Origin: Candidatus Limnocylindria bacterium
GTDB taxonomy: Bacteria; Chloroflexota; Limnocylindria; QHBO01
Direction of reading: 5' to 3'
NCBI GenBank assembly: GCA_036375355.1
Contig: DASURX010000051.1
Coordinates: 1 to 44,381 of the forward strand
Length of the DNA stretch: 44,381 nucleotides
Part shown: positions 25,784-33,945 of the stretch, piece by piece
Position numbering within the stretch: position 1 is the stretch's first letter
How the letters are laid out: every line of letters begins with the position of its first letter
Notes under the pieces: generated by a model
Seen by the model: only the letters and a program-made list of their open reading frames with translations
What the model was told of the DNA's origin: nothing
Database searches by the model: none
Translations under genes and position numbers: made by a program

Positions 25784-26868
25784 GCCGCATCGTGGCCGCC
25801 ATGAGCGGCGGCGTTGACTCCAGCGTGGCGGCGGCGCTGCTGGCGCAGGAGGCGACGGCCGGCGGGGACGAGGTCATCGGCGTCTGGATGCGCCTGCACG
25901 GCGACGCCGGCGAGGGTTACGAGCTGTCGCGCAGCTGCTGCTCGCCGGACGCCGCCGACGACGCGCGCCGAGTGGCGCAGATCGCGGGCATCCCGTTCTT
26001 CACGCTGAACCTGGAGCGCGAGTTCGGCGCGCGGGTCATCGACGAGTTCGCCGACGCGTACCTGGCCGGCGCCACGCCCAACCCGTGCCAGGCCTGCAAC
26101 CAGTTCATCAAGTTCGACGAGCTGCAGCGACGCGGGCTGGCGGCCTACGACGCCGACCGGGTCGCCACCGGGCACTACGCGCGTCTCGAGCGGCGCGACG
26201 GTGGCTGGGAGCTGCTGCGGGCCGTCGACCGCCAGAAGGACCAGACGTACTTCCTGTGGTCGCTCGACCAGGGCCAGCTGGCCCGCACCCGCTTCCCGCT
26301 GGGCGAGCTCACCAAGCCGGAGGTGCGCGATATCGCCGCGCGGCTCGGCCTGCCGACCGCCGCGAAGCCTGAGAGCCAGGAGATCTGCTTCGTCCCCGCC
26401 GGCGACTACCGGGCGCTGCTGGAGGAGCGGCGCGGCTACGCCGGCGAGGCGGGGCCGATCGTCGACGGCAGCGGGAAGCCGCTCGGCACCCACTCGGGCT
26501 ACGCGCACTACACCGTCGGGCAGCGCCACGGCCTGGGGCTGGCGCTCGGCGAGCCGGTTTATGTGCGCGAGGTGCGGCCCGATACGAATACGGTGGTCGT
26601 CGGTCCGCGGCACGAGATCGCGGGGCATCGGTTCAGCGCCGATCGTCGCAGCTTCATCGCCGGCGAGCCGCCGGCCGATCGGTTCACGGCGTCGGTCCGC
26701 ATCCGGCACCGGGCGCCGGACGTCGCCTGCGAGGTGACGCTGGTTGGTGACGACCGCCTGCAGATCGAGACCGAGGATGCGGTGTGGGCGCCGGCGCCGG
26801 GCCAGGCCGCCGTGCTGTATGACGGCGAGCGCTGCCTGGGCGGCGGGCGCATCGCGCGGGTGCGATGA
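25780..26868 (+). CDS. mnmA: tRNA-specific 2-thiouridylase MnmA
   Basis: PP-loop AMSGGVDSSVAA, catalytic NPCQACNQFIKF, and KDQTYFLW. The ATG overlaps the desulfurase stop (ATGA). Confidence 0.95.
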   Translation: MSRIVAAMSGGVDSSVAAALLAQEATAGGDEVIGVWMRLHGDAGEGYELSRSCCSPDAADDARRVAQIAGIPFFTLNLEREFGARVIDEFADAYLAGATPNPCQACNQFIKFDELQRRGLAAYDADRVATGHYARLERRDGGWELLRAVDRQKDQTYFLWSLDQGQLARTRFPLGELTKPEVRDIAARLGLPTAAKPESQEICFVPAGDYRALLEERRGYAGEAGPIVDGSGKPLGTHSGYAHYTVGQRHGLGLALGEPVYVREVRPDTNTVVVGPRHEIAGHRFSADRRSFIAGEPPADRFTASVRIRHRAPDVACEVTLVGDDRLQIETEDAVWAPAPGQAAVLYDGERCLGGGRIARVR

Positions 26869-27152
26869 CGCCGTGGATGCTCCTCGTGGTGCTGCTGGCG
26901 GCCATCAACCTGGCGGGCTTCGTCGCGGTGCGCGGGCGCTGGGGTCGCGTCGTGGGCGCGCTGGCGCTGGCCTCGCTGTTGGGGACGGTGGCCGGCGACG
27001 CGGCGGGAGCGGCGACCGGCCTGGAGCTGTTCCAGCTGGGCGACTTCCACGTCGTGGCCGCCTCGGTCGGCGCGCAGCTGGCAATGCTGGCCACGCTGCT
27101 CGGCACCGCCCTGCTGCCGGCGGCGAACGATCGCCCGGACGCGCGCGGCTGA
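26865..27152 (+). CDS. Small hypothetical membrane protein (2-3 TM)
   Basis: 95 aa with an ATGA overlap with the mnmA stop. Hydrophobic segments: WMLLVVLLAAINLAGFVAV and AQLAMLATLLGTALL. Confidence 0.5.
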   Translation: MTPWMLLVVLLAAINLAGFVAVRGRWGRVVGALALASLLGTVAGDAAGAATGLELFQLGDFHVVAASVGAQLAMLATLLGTALLPAANDRPDARG

Positions 27153-27165
27153 TGGAGAGGCGCTG

Positions 27166-27507
27166 ATGGATCCGGCCGTGACCATCTTCCGCCTCGGCGT
27201 GGGGATCGGCGTGCTGCTGGTCGGCATCGGCGTCATCGTCGCCGTGCTGGCCCTGCGTCCGGCGGCTCGCGAGGCGCGCGCCCTGGCCCGCGATGCCCGC
27301 CGCCTGCTGCGCCAGGCCGAGGAGGAGCTGCCCGCGATCCTGGAGCACGCTCGCCAGGTGTCCGGGAATGCGGAGGAGCTGTCGGAGGACGTCGCGCTGG
27401 TCGTGGCCCGGCTCGATGCGGCGGCCGACGCCCTGGAGGGTCGGGGACGCAGGCCGATCGGGTCGGTACAATCGGGCGACGCACGGGAGGACGAGCGGAT
27501 CGCATGA
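27166..27507 (+). CDS. DUF948-like membrane-anchored coiled-coil protein
   Basis: GGAGAGG lies 5 nt upstream of the start. An N-terminal TM (VGIGVLLVGIGVIVAVLAL) is followed by a helical segment typical of DUF948. Confidence 0.65.
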   Translation: MDPAVTIFRLGVGIGVLLVGIGVIVAVLALRPAAREARALARDARRLLRQAEEELPAILEHARQVSGNAEELSEDVALVVARLDAAADALEGRGRRPIGSVQSGDAREDERIA

Positions 27508-27773
27508 AGGAATCGGGCATCGGAAGCTTCCTCGCGGGAGCGATGATCGGTGGGCTGATCGGCGCAGCCATCGGCCTCCTGCTGGCCCCGGCCACCGGGG
27601 AGGAGCTGCGAGGGCAGGTGGGCGAGTTCGTGGACGGCCGCAAGGCGGCATGGGACGACGCCATCAACGAGGGGCGTGCCGCTGCCGACCGGGCTCGGGC
27701 CGAGCTCGTCACCGAGTACGATGCCGATGCCGACGCCATGACCGGCGGAGCTGCGCCGGAGGGCGCTTTCTGA
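27504..27773 (+). CDS. YtxH-like general-stress-type protein
   Basis: ATGA overlap with the preceding gene. The sequence GSFLAGAMIGGLIGAAIGLLLAPATGEELR matches the YtxH N-terminal signature. Confidence 0.7.
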   Translation: MKESGIGSFLAGAMIGGLIGAAIGLLLAPATGEELRGQVGEFVDGRKAAWDDAINEGRAAADRARAELVTEYDADADAMTGGAAPEGAF

Positions 27774-27801
27774 CCACCCGTCTCTCCCGCACAGGCGCGC
27801 A

Positions 27802-27828
27802 CGAGAGCCGGTGGGTCGCCGGCTCTCG
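27802..27828 (+). terminator. Hairpin (10-bp perfect stem) between the ytxH-like gene and alaS
   Basis: CGAGAGCCGG-TGGGTCG-CCGGCTCTCG. It could be a terminator for the upstream operon or an operator for alaS. Confidence 0.35.
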
Positions 27829-27873
27829 CCGTGCACGGCGCACCGCCACGACCAGGAGCGACAGGACCGATCC

Positions 27874-30513
27874 ATGCAGCCGATGAGCGCGGCCGAGATC
27901 CGCGAGCGCTTCCAGCGCTTCTTCGAGCAGCGCGGGCACACCCGTGTGGCCCCGGCGCCGCTGCTCGCCCGTGACGATCCGACGCTGCTCTTCACCAACT
28001 CGGGCATGGTCCAGTTCAAGCGGGTGCTGACCGGCGAGGAGAAGCGCGACTACGTGCGCGCAGTGGACGCGCAGCCCTGCCTGCGTGTGGCCGGCAAGCA
28101 CAACGACTTCGAGGAGGTCGGCCGCACGCCGCGCCACCAGACTCTGTTCGAGATGCTCGGCAACTGGAGCTTCGGCGACTACTTCAAGGCGGATGCCATC
28201 CGCTGGGCCTGGGAGCTGCTGACCGATGAGTTCGGCATCCCGCCGGAGCGCCTGGCGGCGACGGTCTACACCGATGACGAGGAGGCGGCCCGGATCTGGA
28301 CCGACGAGATCGGCCTCCCTCCCGAGCGGCTCGCCCGTTGGGGAAACATCGCCGAGGGCGACTTCCACAACTTCTGGCAGATGGCGGACACCGGTCCCTG
28401 CGGGCCGTGCAGCGAGCTGCATTACGACCGCGGCGCGCACCTGTCGGAGGGCGAACTCTGCGTGCCGGACCACTCCGAGCACTGCCCGCGCTGGCTGGAA
28501 GTCTGGAACCTGGTCTTCATGGAGTTCGATCGCGCGGCCGACGGGACCCTCACGCCGCTGCCGTTCAAGAGCGTCGACACGGGCATGGGCCTGGAGCGGA
28601 TCGCCAGCGCCCTGCAGGGCGTCGACTCGAACTACCGCACCGACCTGTTCGTGCCGATCATCGAGCGCCTGGCGGCGTTCATCGGCCATGACCCGGACAC
28701 CGTCGAATCGGAGCGATTCAGCTACCAGGTGGTGGCCGATCACTCGCGAGCGATGACCTTCCTCCTCGCCGAGGGCCTGCGGCCCTCGAACGAGGGAGCC
28801 GGCTACGTCCTGCGCCGGATCATGCGCCGCGCGGTGCGCCACGGCCGGCTGATGGGCATCACCCGCCCCTTCCTGGGCGAGACGTGCGCGGTGGTCGTGG
28901 AGCTGATGGGCGAGGCGTACCCCGCCCTGCGCGACGGGCGTGAGCGGATCCTGGCCGAGGTCGTCGCCGAGGAGGCGAAGTTCGCACGGACGCTGCAGGC
29001 CGGCAGCGAGCGGCTGGCGGCCCTCGTCGAGGGCGCCGGCGCGGGGGGCGTCATCCCCGGGGAGGAGGCGTTCCGTCTGCACGACACCTTCGGCTTTCCG
29101 ATCGACCTCACCGTGGAGATCGCCGGCGAGAGCGGGATCGGGGTCGATCGCGCCGGATTCGACGCCGCCATGGCCGAGCAGCGCGAGCGCTCGCGCGGTG
29201 GACGGGCCGGGCGCTTCGCGCCGGAGCCCGCCCTTGCCGGGCTGGCCAGCGAGTTCGTCGGCTACCCGAACCAGACGCGGGCCGATGGCCTCAGCGTCCT
29301 CGGTGCGGCGCGGGTCGGCGACGAGGTCCAGGTCGTCCTGGACCGCACGCCGTTCTACGCCGAGGGCGGCGGCCAGGTCGGCGATCGTGGCGAGCTGCGC
29401 GGACCCCGAGGTCGCGTGGTGGTGACCGACACGCAGCGCGCCGGCGATGCGATCGTGCACATCGGGCGGCTGGAGGGTGAGCTGGCGCCTGGCGAGGTCG
29501 TGAAGGCAGTTGTCGACGAAGAGCGGCGCTGGGCGGCGGCGCGGAACCACACCGCCACGCACCTGCTGCACAGGGCACTGCGTGACGTCCTGGGCGAGCA
29601 GGCCAAGCAGGCCGGCTCGTGGGTCGGTCCCGAGGGGCTGCGGTTCGACTTCCCGGCGACCTCCGCGACGTCGCGCGACGCGCTGCGCGAGGTCGAGCGG
29701 CGCGTGAACGATCAGATCCGGCGCGACGCATCGGTCCAGCCGGAGTGGATGTCGCTGCGTGAGGCGCAGGCCGCCGGTGCCGACATGTTCTTCGGCGAAA
29801 AGTACGCCCCAGAGTCGGTGCGAGTGGTGCGGGTGGACGGCTACTCGCGCGAGTTGTGCGGCGGCACCCACGTTGAGCGCACCGGCCAGATCGGCTCATT
29901 GCGGATCACCGGCGAGGCGAGCATCGGCACCGGCATGCGGCGCATCGAGGCGGTGACCGGGTCCGGTGCCGATGAGCTCGTCACGCGTCGGCTGGAGGCG
30001 CTGCACGAGGTGGCGCTGCAACTGGGCGTGGCCGACGAGGAGGTGCCGACCCGCGTGGCGGCGCTGGCTACGCGCCTGCGCGAGGCCGAGAAGGCCGCAC
30101 GCACTCCCCGCGCCGCGGCTGCGACGGGTCTGGACGCGGCCGGAGCCCTGGCCGCTGCGCAGCGGGCGGGCGAGGCCCGGATCGTCGTGCAGCACTACCC
30201 CGAGGCCGATGCCGCGGCGTTGCGGACCTGGGTCGATCAGCTGCGCGGCCTGACCGGCCGCTTCGTGGCGGTCGCGGGCGGAGCGGGCGGGGGGTCCCCG
30301 TCCCTGATCGTGGCCGCCAGCCGTGACCTGGCCGCCGAGGGCTTCGACGCGGCGGCCATCGTGCGCGCCGCGGCACCGATGATCGGCGGCGGGGGAGGCG
30401 GACGCCCCGACCTGGCCCAGGCCGGGGGACGCGACGCGTCGCGCCTGGAGGAGGCACTCGCCGAGGCGACGCGACTGGCGCTCGAGGCGCTCCAGCCGCT
30501 CGAGTCGGGCTGA
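27874..30513 (+). CDS. alaS: Alanine--tRNA ligase
   Basis: 879 aa. Motifs: AEIRERFQRFFEQRGH, LLFTNSGMVQFK, RHQTLFEMLGNWSFGDYFK, editing-domain HTATHLLH...CGGTH, and a C-terminal DHHA1-like region. Confidence 0.97.
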   Translation: MQPMSAAEIRERFQRFFEQRGHTRVAPAPLLARDDPTLLFTNSGMVQFKRVLTGEEKRDYVRAVDAQPCLRVAGKHNDFEEVGRTPRHQTLFEMLGNWSFGDYFKADAIRWAWELLTDEFGIPPERLAATVYTDDEEAARIWTDEIGLPPERLARWGNIAEGDFHNFWQMADTGPCGPCSELHYDRGAHLSEGELCVPDHSEHCPRWLEVWNLVFMEFDRAADGTLTPLPFKSVDTGMGLERIASALQGVDSNYRTDLFVPIIERLAAFIGHDPDTVESERFSYQVVADHSRAMTFLLAEGLRPSNEGAGYVLRRIMRRAVRHGRLMGITRPFLGETCAVVVELMGEAYPALRDGRERILAEVVAEEAKFARTLQAGSERLAALVEGAGAGGVIPGEEAFRLHDTFGFPIDLTVEIAGESGIGVDRAGFDAAMAEQRERSRGGRAGRFAPEPALAGLASEFVGYPNQTRADGLSVLGAARVGDEVQVVLDRTPFYAEGGGQVGDRGELRGPRGRVVVTDTQRAGDAIVHIGRLEGELAPGEVVKAVVDEERRWAAARNHTATHLLHRALRDVLGEQAKQAGSWVGPEGLRFDFPATSATSRDALREVERRVNDQIRRDASVQPEWMSLREAQAAGADMFFGEKYAPESVRVVRVDGYSRELCGGTHVERTGQIGSLRITGEASIGTGMRRIEAVTGSGADELVTRRLEALHEVALQLGVADEEVPTRVAALATRLREAEKAARTPRAAAATGLDAAGALAAAQRAGEARIVVQHYPEADAAALRTWVDQLRGLTGRFVAVAGGAGGGSPSLIVAASRDLAAEGFDAAAIVRAAAPMIGGGGGGRPDLAQAGGRDASRLEEALAEATRLALEALQPLESG

Positions 30514-30542
30514 GCGCGGCGATCACGGGGAGGCGAAAGCGG

Positions 30543-31844
30543 GTGCAGCGCTTCGGAGAGATCCTCGCCCGGTTGCGTCGCGCCGGCGGCAACGGCGCCG
30601 GCCAGCGGGGACTGGCGGCGCTCACCGCCCTGGACGTCGGCACCGAGTTCGCCAAGGCGCTGGTGGTCGCCGTCGAGCCCGGCTCGGGAAACCTGGTCGG
30701 CACGGTGCGCGGCGCGGGCCGCCAGCGGCAGGGGCTGACCCACATGCAGTCGGGCACGGTCAGCGACATCGACGCCGTGGTGGCCAACTGCCGGCGAGCG
30801 CTGGACGCCGCCGAGGAAGCCGCCGGCCTGCGTCCGGTGGCGGCGGTGATCGGCATCGCCGGTGAGCTGGTGAAGGGCACCACGTCGGTCGTGACCGTGC
30901 GCCGCGACGTCCCGCAGCGGCCGATGAGCGAGGCGGAGCTCGAGCGGCTGGTGCAGCGCGTCCAGTCCGAGGCGCTGGACGACGCCGAGAAGCGCATCGC
31001 GTGGGAGAGCGGCGTCGAGCGCCTGGACGTGCGCCTGGTGCACGCCGCCATCGTCGAGATGAAGATCGACGGCTACCCGGTCAGCAATCCCATCGGCTTC
31101 ACCGGCGCGCAGGTCGAGCTGGCGGTCTTCAACGCCTTCGCCCCGATGGTCCACCTCGGGGCGCTGCAGTCGGTCGCCGCGCAGCTTGGCCTGGAGCTGC
31201 TGGGCGTTGTCGCCGAGCCGTACGCGGTGGCCACCTGCCTGGATCCGGGCGAGCTCGGCGACTCCGGGGCCGTCTTCATCGACGTCGGGGGCGGCACGAC
31301 CGACGTGGCGCTGGTGCGCCATGGCGGCGTGTCGGGCACCAAGATGCTGGCGCTGGGCGGTCGTGCCTTCAGCAAGGGCCTGGCCGAGCGGTTCGGGCTC
31401 TCCTTCACGCGGGCCGAGACCCTGAAGCTGGCCGCCGCGGCCGGCGCCCTGCCGGAGGACGTGCCGCAGAAGGCCCTGCTCGCCGCCCTGGAGGAGGATG
31501 CCGGCATCTGGCGGCGCGGCGTGGCGCTCATGATCGGCGACCTGGCGGAGGGCGAGCTGCTCCCGGGGCGCATCTACCTGTGCGGTGGCGGCGCCGAGCT
31601 GCCCCAGATCGCCGCTTCCCTGGCCGACGAGGCCTGGTGGCGGCGTCTTCCCTTCGCGCGCAAGCCGCAGGTGGTCGCGCTCAAGCCCGGCGACGTCAGC
31701 GGCATCTCGGACGCGACCGGCGCGCTGACCAGCCGCCAGGACGTGACGCCGATGGCCCTCGCCCACCAGGCCCTGATCCTGGATGCGCAGGCCGGCGCCA
31801 CCGACCAGGCCATGCGACGCGCCGTGCGCGCCATGCGTCTGTGA
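30543..31844 (+). CDS. FtsA-like actin-fold (ASKHA) ATPase, not adjacent to ftsZ or ftsQ
   Basis: GTG start with GGGGAGG 9 nt upstream. The motif order is FtsA-like: LDVGTEF (phosphate 1), an inserted SHS2-like segment, AEPYAVATCL, FIDVGGGTTDVALV (phosphate 2), LGGRAFSKGLAERF...AETLK, IYLCGGGAELPQI (adenosine). The C-terminal tail is basic and amphipathic. Confidence 0.8.
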   Translation: MQRFGEILARLRRAGGNGAGQRGLAALTALDVGTEFAKALVVAVEPGSGNLVGTVRGAGRQRQGLTHMQSGTVSDIDAVVANCRRALDAAEEAAGLRPVAAVIGIAGELVKGTTSVVTVRRDVPQRPMSEAELERLVQRVQSEALDDAEKRIAWESGVERLDVRLVHAAIVEMKIDGYPVSNPIGFTGAQVELAVFNAFAPMVHLGALQSVAAQLGLELLGVVAEPYAVATCLDPGELGDSGAVFIDVGGGTTDVALVRHGGVSGTKMLALGGRAFSKGLAERFGLSFTRAETLKLAAAAGALPEDVPQKALLAALEEDAGIWRRGVALMIGDLAEGELLPGRIYLCGGGAELPQIAASLADEAWWRRLPFARKPQVVALKPGDVSGISDATGALTSRQDVTPMALAHQALILDAQAGATDQAMRRAVRAMRL

Positions 31845-31849
31845 GCCCG

Positions 31850-33487
31850 ATGGCTGCCGAGACCGAGCTCCTCTACCTGGAGCCGGACGACGAGATCACC
31901 ACCGTGGTCCGTCGCCTGCGCGAGACCGATGCCCCCCGCATCGTCCTCGTCGCCCCTGGCCGGTCGAAGGCGACCACCAGCGCAGTCGCCCTGCGCCTGC
32001 TCGCCGAGCTGGCCGCCGAGGAAGGGCGCGAGATCGCCCTGGTCGCCGATCCTGCTGCCCGAGCGCTGGCGGCCGAGGCTGCCATTCCGGCCTTCGCCTC
32101 GGTCGCCGAGGCGAGCGGGAACGGCACTTCACCGGCGGTGGCGCCGCCGGCCCCGCGCCGTGCACCGATCCATGTCGTCCGCGGCGAGCCGGAGGGAGCG
32201 GCGCCCGCTCCGCTGGCGCCGCCGACGCTGCCCAGCGACGAGACGCGCACGATCAGCGTGCCGGTGGCGCAGCCCGAGCCACGGGCCCCGCGCCCGCTGA
32301 AGCGGACTCGTACCCGGCCGGCCGCTGCGCGCCGGCTGCCGCCCGCGGCGTTCGGCGCACTCGTCGCCATGATCCTGCTCGCCGGTGCGCTGCTCGCCGG
32401 CGTTGCGCCGGCGGCGAGCGTCGTCATCCGCCCCGCCACGGTGGACGTCGGCCCGGTCGCGTATGACGTGGAGGTCGACGTCGCGGGCACAGACAGTGGC
32501 GAGCTGCAGTCGACCCAGCCCGGCACGGCCACCGGCGTCCACCAGGACCCGTCACCGGCGAGCGGCACGGTGGTGTTCCTCAACTACGGATACGTGACGG
32601 TGGAGATTCCGCAGGGGACGACCGTGTCCGCCTCCGGCGAGGTCCTCTTCACCACGGTGGAGACGGTGGTGGCGCCCGCCGGTGAGCTGCAGGGGTTCGG
32701 CATCAACCCCGGCCAGGCGAGCGTGGGCGTCGTGGCAGTCGAGCCCGGGCCGGGCGGGAATGTCGCGGCGGAGGCGATCGACACCGTCGAGGATCGCCAG
32801 GTCGAGCGCTACCTGCGCGGCTTCCCGAACCAGACCGGGCGCCGCGTGATCAACCCCGAGGCGACGAGCGGCGGGTCCCTGAACGAGCAGCCGGAGATCA
32901 CCCAGGCCGACGTCGATGCCGTGAAGCAGGCGATCACCCAGGATCTCGCCGCACAGCTGGCGGAGCGCATGGCCCAGGATCCGGCCCGTGTCTACCCGCC
33001 GGCGGAGAGCGCCGAGCCGACCATCACCGTCCCGGAGGGCCTTGTCGGCAGCGTGGGACAGGCCACCTTCGAGCTCAGCGGCAGCCTGCCGTACTCGCGG
33101 CCCTACGGCACCCGGGCCGATGCCGAGGCGGCCGCGCGCGCCCGCCTGCTCGACGATCCGGCGGCGGCGCCGGCCGGCACCGTCATCCTGGAGGAGAGCA
33201 TCGCCGTCGAGATCGGCGACGCCGTCCTGGCGGGAGATCGGCTCCGGGTCGCCACCAGCGTCCGGGCCACGGCCGCGACGAGCATCGACCCCGACGCGGT
33301 GCGCGCGCGAATCGCCGGCATGACCGTTCCGCAGGCCCAGGCGGCGCTGGCCGACCTGGGCGCCGTCCAGGTGGACCTGTGGCCGGACTGGGTCGACCAC
33401 GTCCCGGGGCTGACCTGGCGCATCGACGTCCGGATCGAGACCACCGAGGCGCCGAGCCCCGTCCCGACCGGGAGCGAGGGCGGATGA
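31850..33487 (+). CDS. Bitopic membrane protein: cytoplasmic N-domain, Pro-rich linker, one TM, large beta-rich ectodomain with a baseplate-J/gp47-like segment
   Basis: 545 aa from the ATG at 31850, 5 nt after the upstream stop. N-domain: LYLEPDDEITTVVRRLRETDAPRIVLVAPGRS. TM at about aa 164-188 (AFGALVAMILLAGALLAGVAPAA). Ectodomain segment: GTVVFLNYGYVTVEIPQGTTVSASGEVLFTTVE...VGVVAVEPGPGGNVAAEAIDTV. The upstream part of ORF 31001.. is a shadow frame of the FtsA-like gene. Confidence 0.7.
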   Translation: MAAETELLYLEPDDEITTVVRRLRETDAPRIVLVAPGRSKATTSAVALRLLAELAAEEGREIALVADPAARALAAEAAIPAFASVAEASGNGTSPAVAPPAPRRAPIHVVRGEPEGAAPAPLAPPTLPSDETRTISVPVAQPEPRAPRPLKRTRTRPAAARRLPPAAFGALVAMILLAGALLAGVAPAASVVIRPATVDVGPVAYDVEVDVAGTDSGELQSTQPGTATGVHQDPSPASGTVVFLNYGYVTVEIPQGTTVSASGEVLFTTVETVVAPAGELQGFGINPGQASVGVVAVEPGPGGNVAAEAIDTVEDRQVERYLRGFPNQTGRRVINPEATSGGSLNEQPEITQADVDAVKQAITQDLAAQLAERMAQDPARVYPPAESAEPTITVPEGLVGSVGQATFELSGSLPYSRPYGTRADAEAAARARLLDDPAAAPAGTVILEESIAVEIGDAVLAGDRLRVATSVRATAATSIDPDAVRARIAGMTVPQAQAALADLGAVQVDLWPDWVDHVPGLTWRIDVRIETTEAPSPVPTGSEGG

Positions 33488-33945
33488 GCCGCAGCATCGG
33501 CCTCGACCACGGCAGCCGGCGGATCGGCGTGGCCGTTGGGGATTCAGAGACGGGCCTGGCCTTCGCCCGCGACGCGCTGCGGCGGGGCCGCAGCGCCGAG
33601 GCCGACGTCGCCGCGGTGCTCGCCCTGGCACGCCGCGAGGGCGCCGGCGAAGCGATCGTCGGGCTGCCGCGCAACATGGACGGCACCGAGGGTCCCCAGG
33701 CGGCGGCGGCGCGCCGGTTCGGGGATCGACTCGCCGCGGCGGGGCTCGCGGTACGCTACGTCGACGAGCGCTTGACGACCTGGCAGGCGGGCGAGCAGCT
33801 GGCGGAGGGGGGACGCCGTCCGGATCGGCGCAGCGGGGAGCTCGATTCGGCGGCGGCCCGGCTGATCCTGCAAGAATACCTGGACGCCCAGCGCAGCCAT
33901 CCTCGCCCGGCCATGCCCGATAGCACGATCCAGGAGACTGAATGA
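33484..33945 (+). CDS. ruvX: YqgF/RuvX putative pre-16S rRNA nuclease (Holliday-junction-resolvase-like)
   Basis: 153 aa. Motifs: IGLDHGSRRIGVAVGD, GLPRNMDGTEGPQA, DERLTT. ATGA overlaps are present at both ends. Confidence 0.9.
   Translation: MSRSIGLDHGSRRIGVAVGDSETGLAFARDALRRGRSAEADVAAVLALARREGAGEAIVGLPRNMDGTEGPQAAAARRFGDRLAAAGLAVRYVDERLTTWQAGEQLAEGGRRPDRRSGELDSAAARLILQEYLDAQRSHPRPAMPDSTIQETE

Noticed and set aside
27709-29871. 720-aa minus-strand ORF. Similar long antisense or out-of-frame ORFs occur at 3219-4526, 4575-6221, 6570-8024, 7856-9214, 9097-10800, 18642-21053, 32552-34480, 35464-37404, 39276-41384 and 41580-43121.
   Set aside because: All overlap confidently identified housekeeping genes. 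They have biased Arg/Gly/Pro/Ala/His composition and no family signatures. Long stop-free shadow frames are expected at this GC content.
32558-32788. Baseplate-J-like segment as evidence of a prophage, tailocin or contractile injection system
   Set aside because: No sheath, tube, tail-fibre, portal, terminase or other baseplate genes are present. The protein is TM-anchored and embedded in a housekeeping operon.
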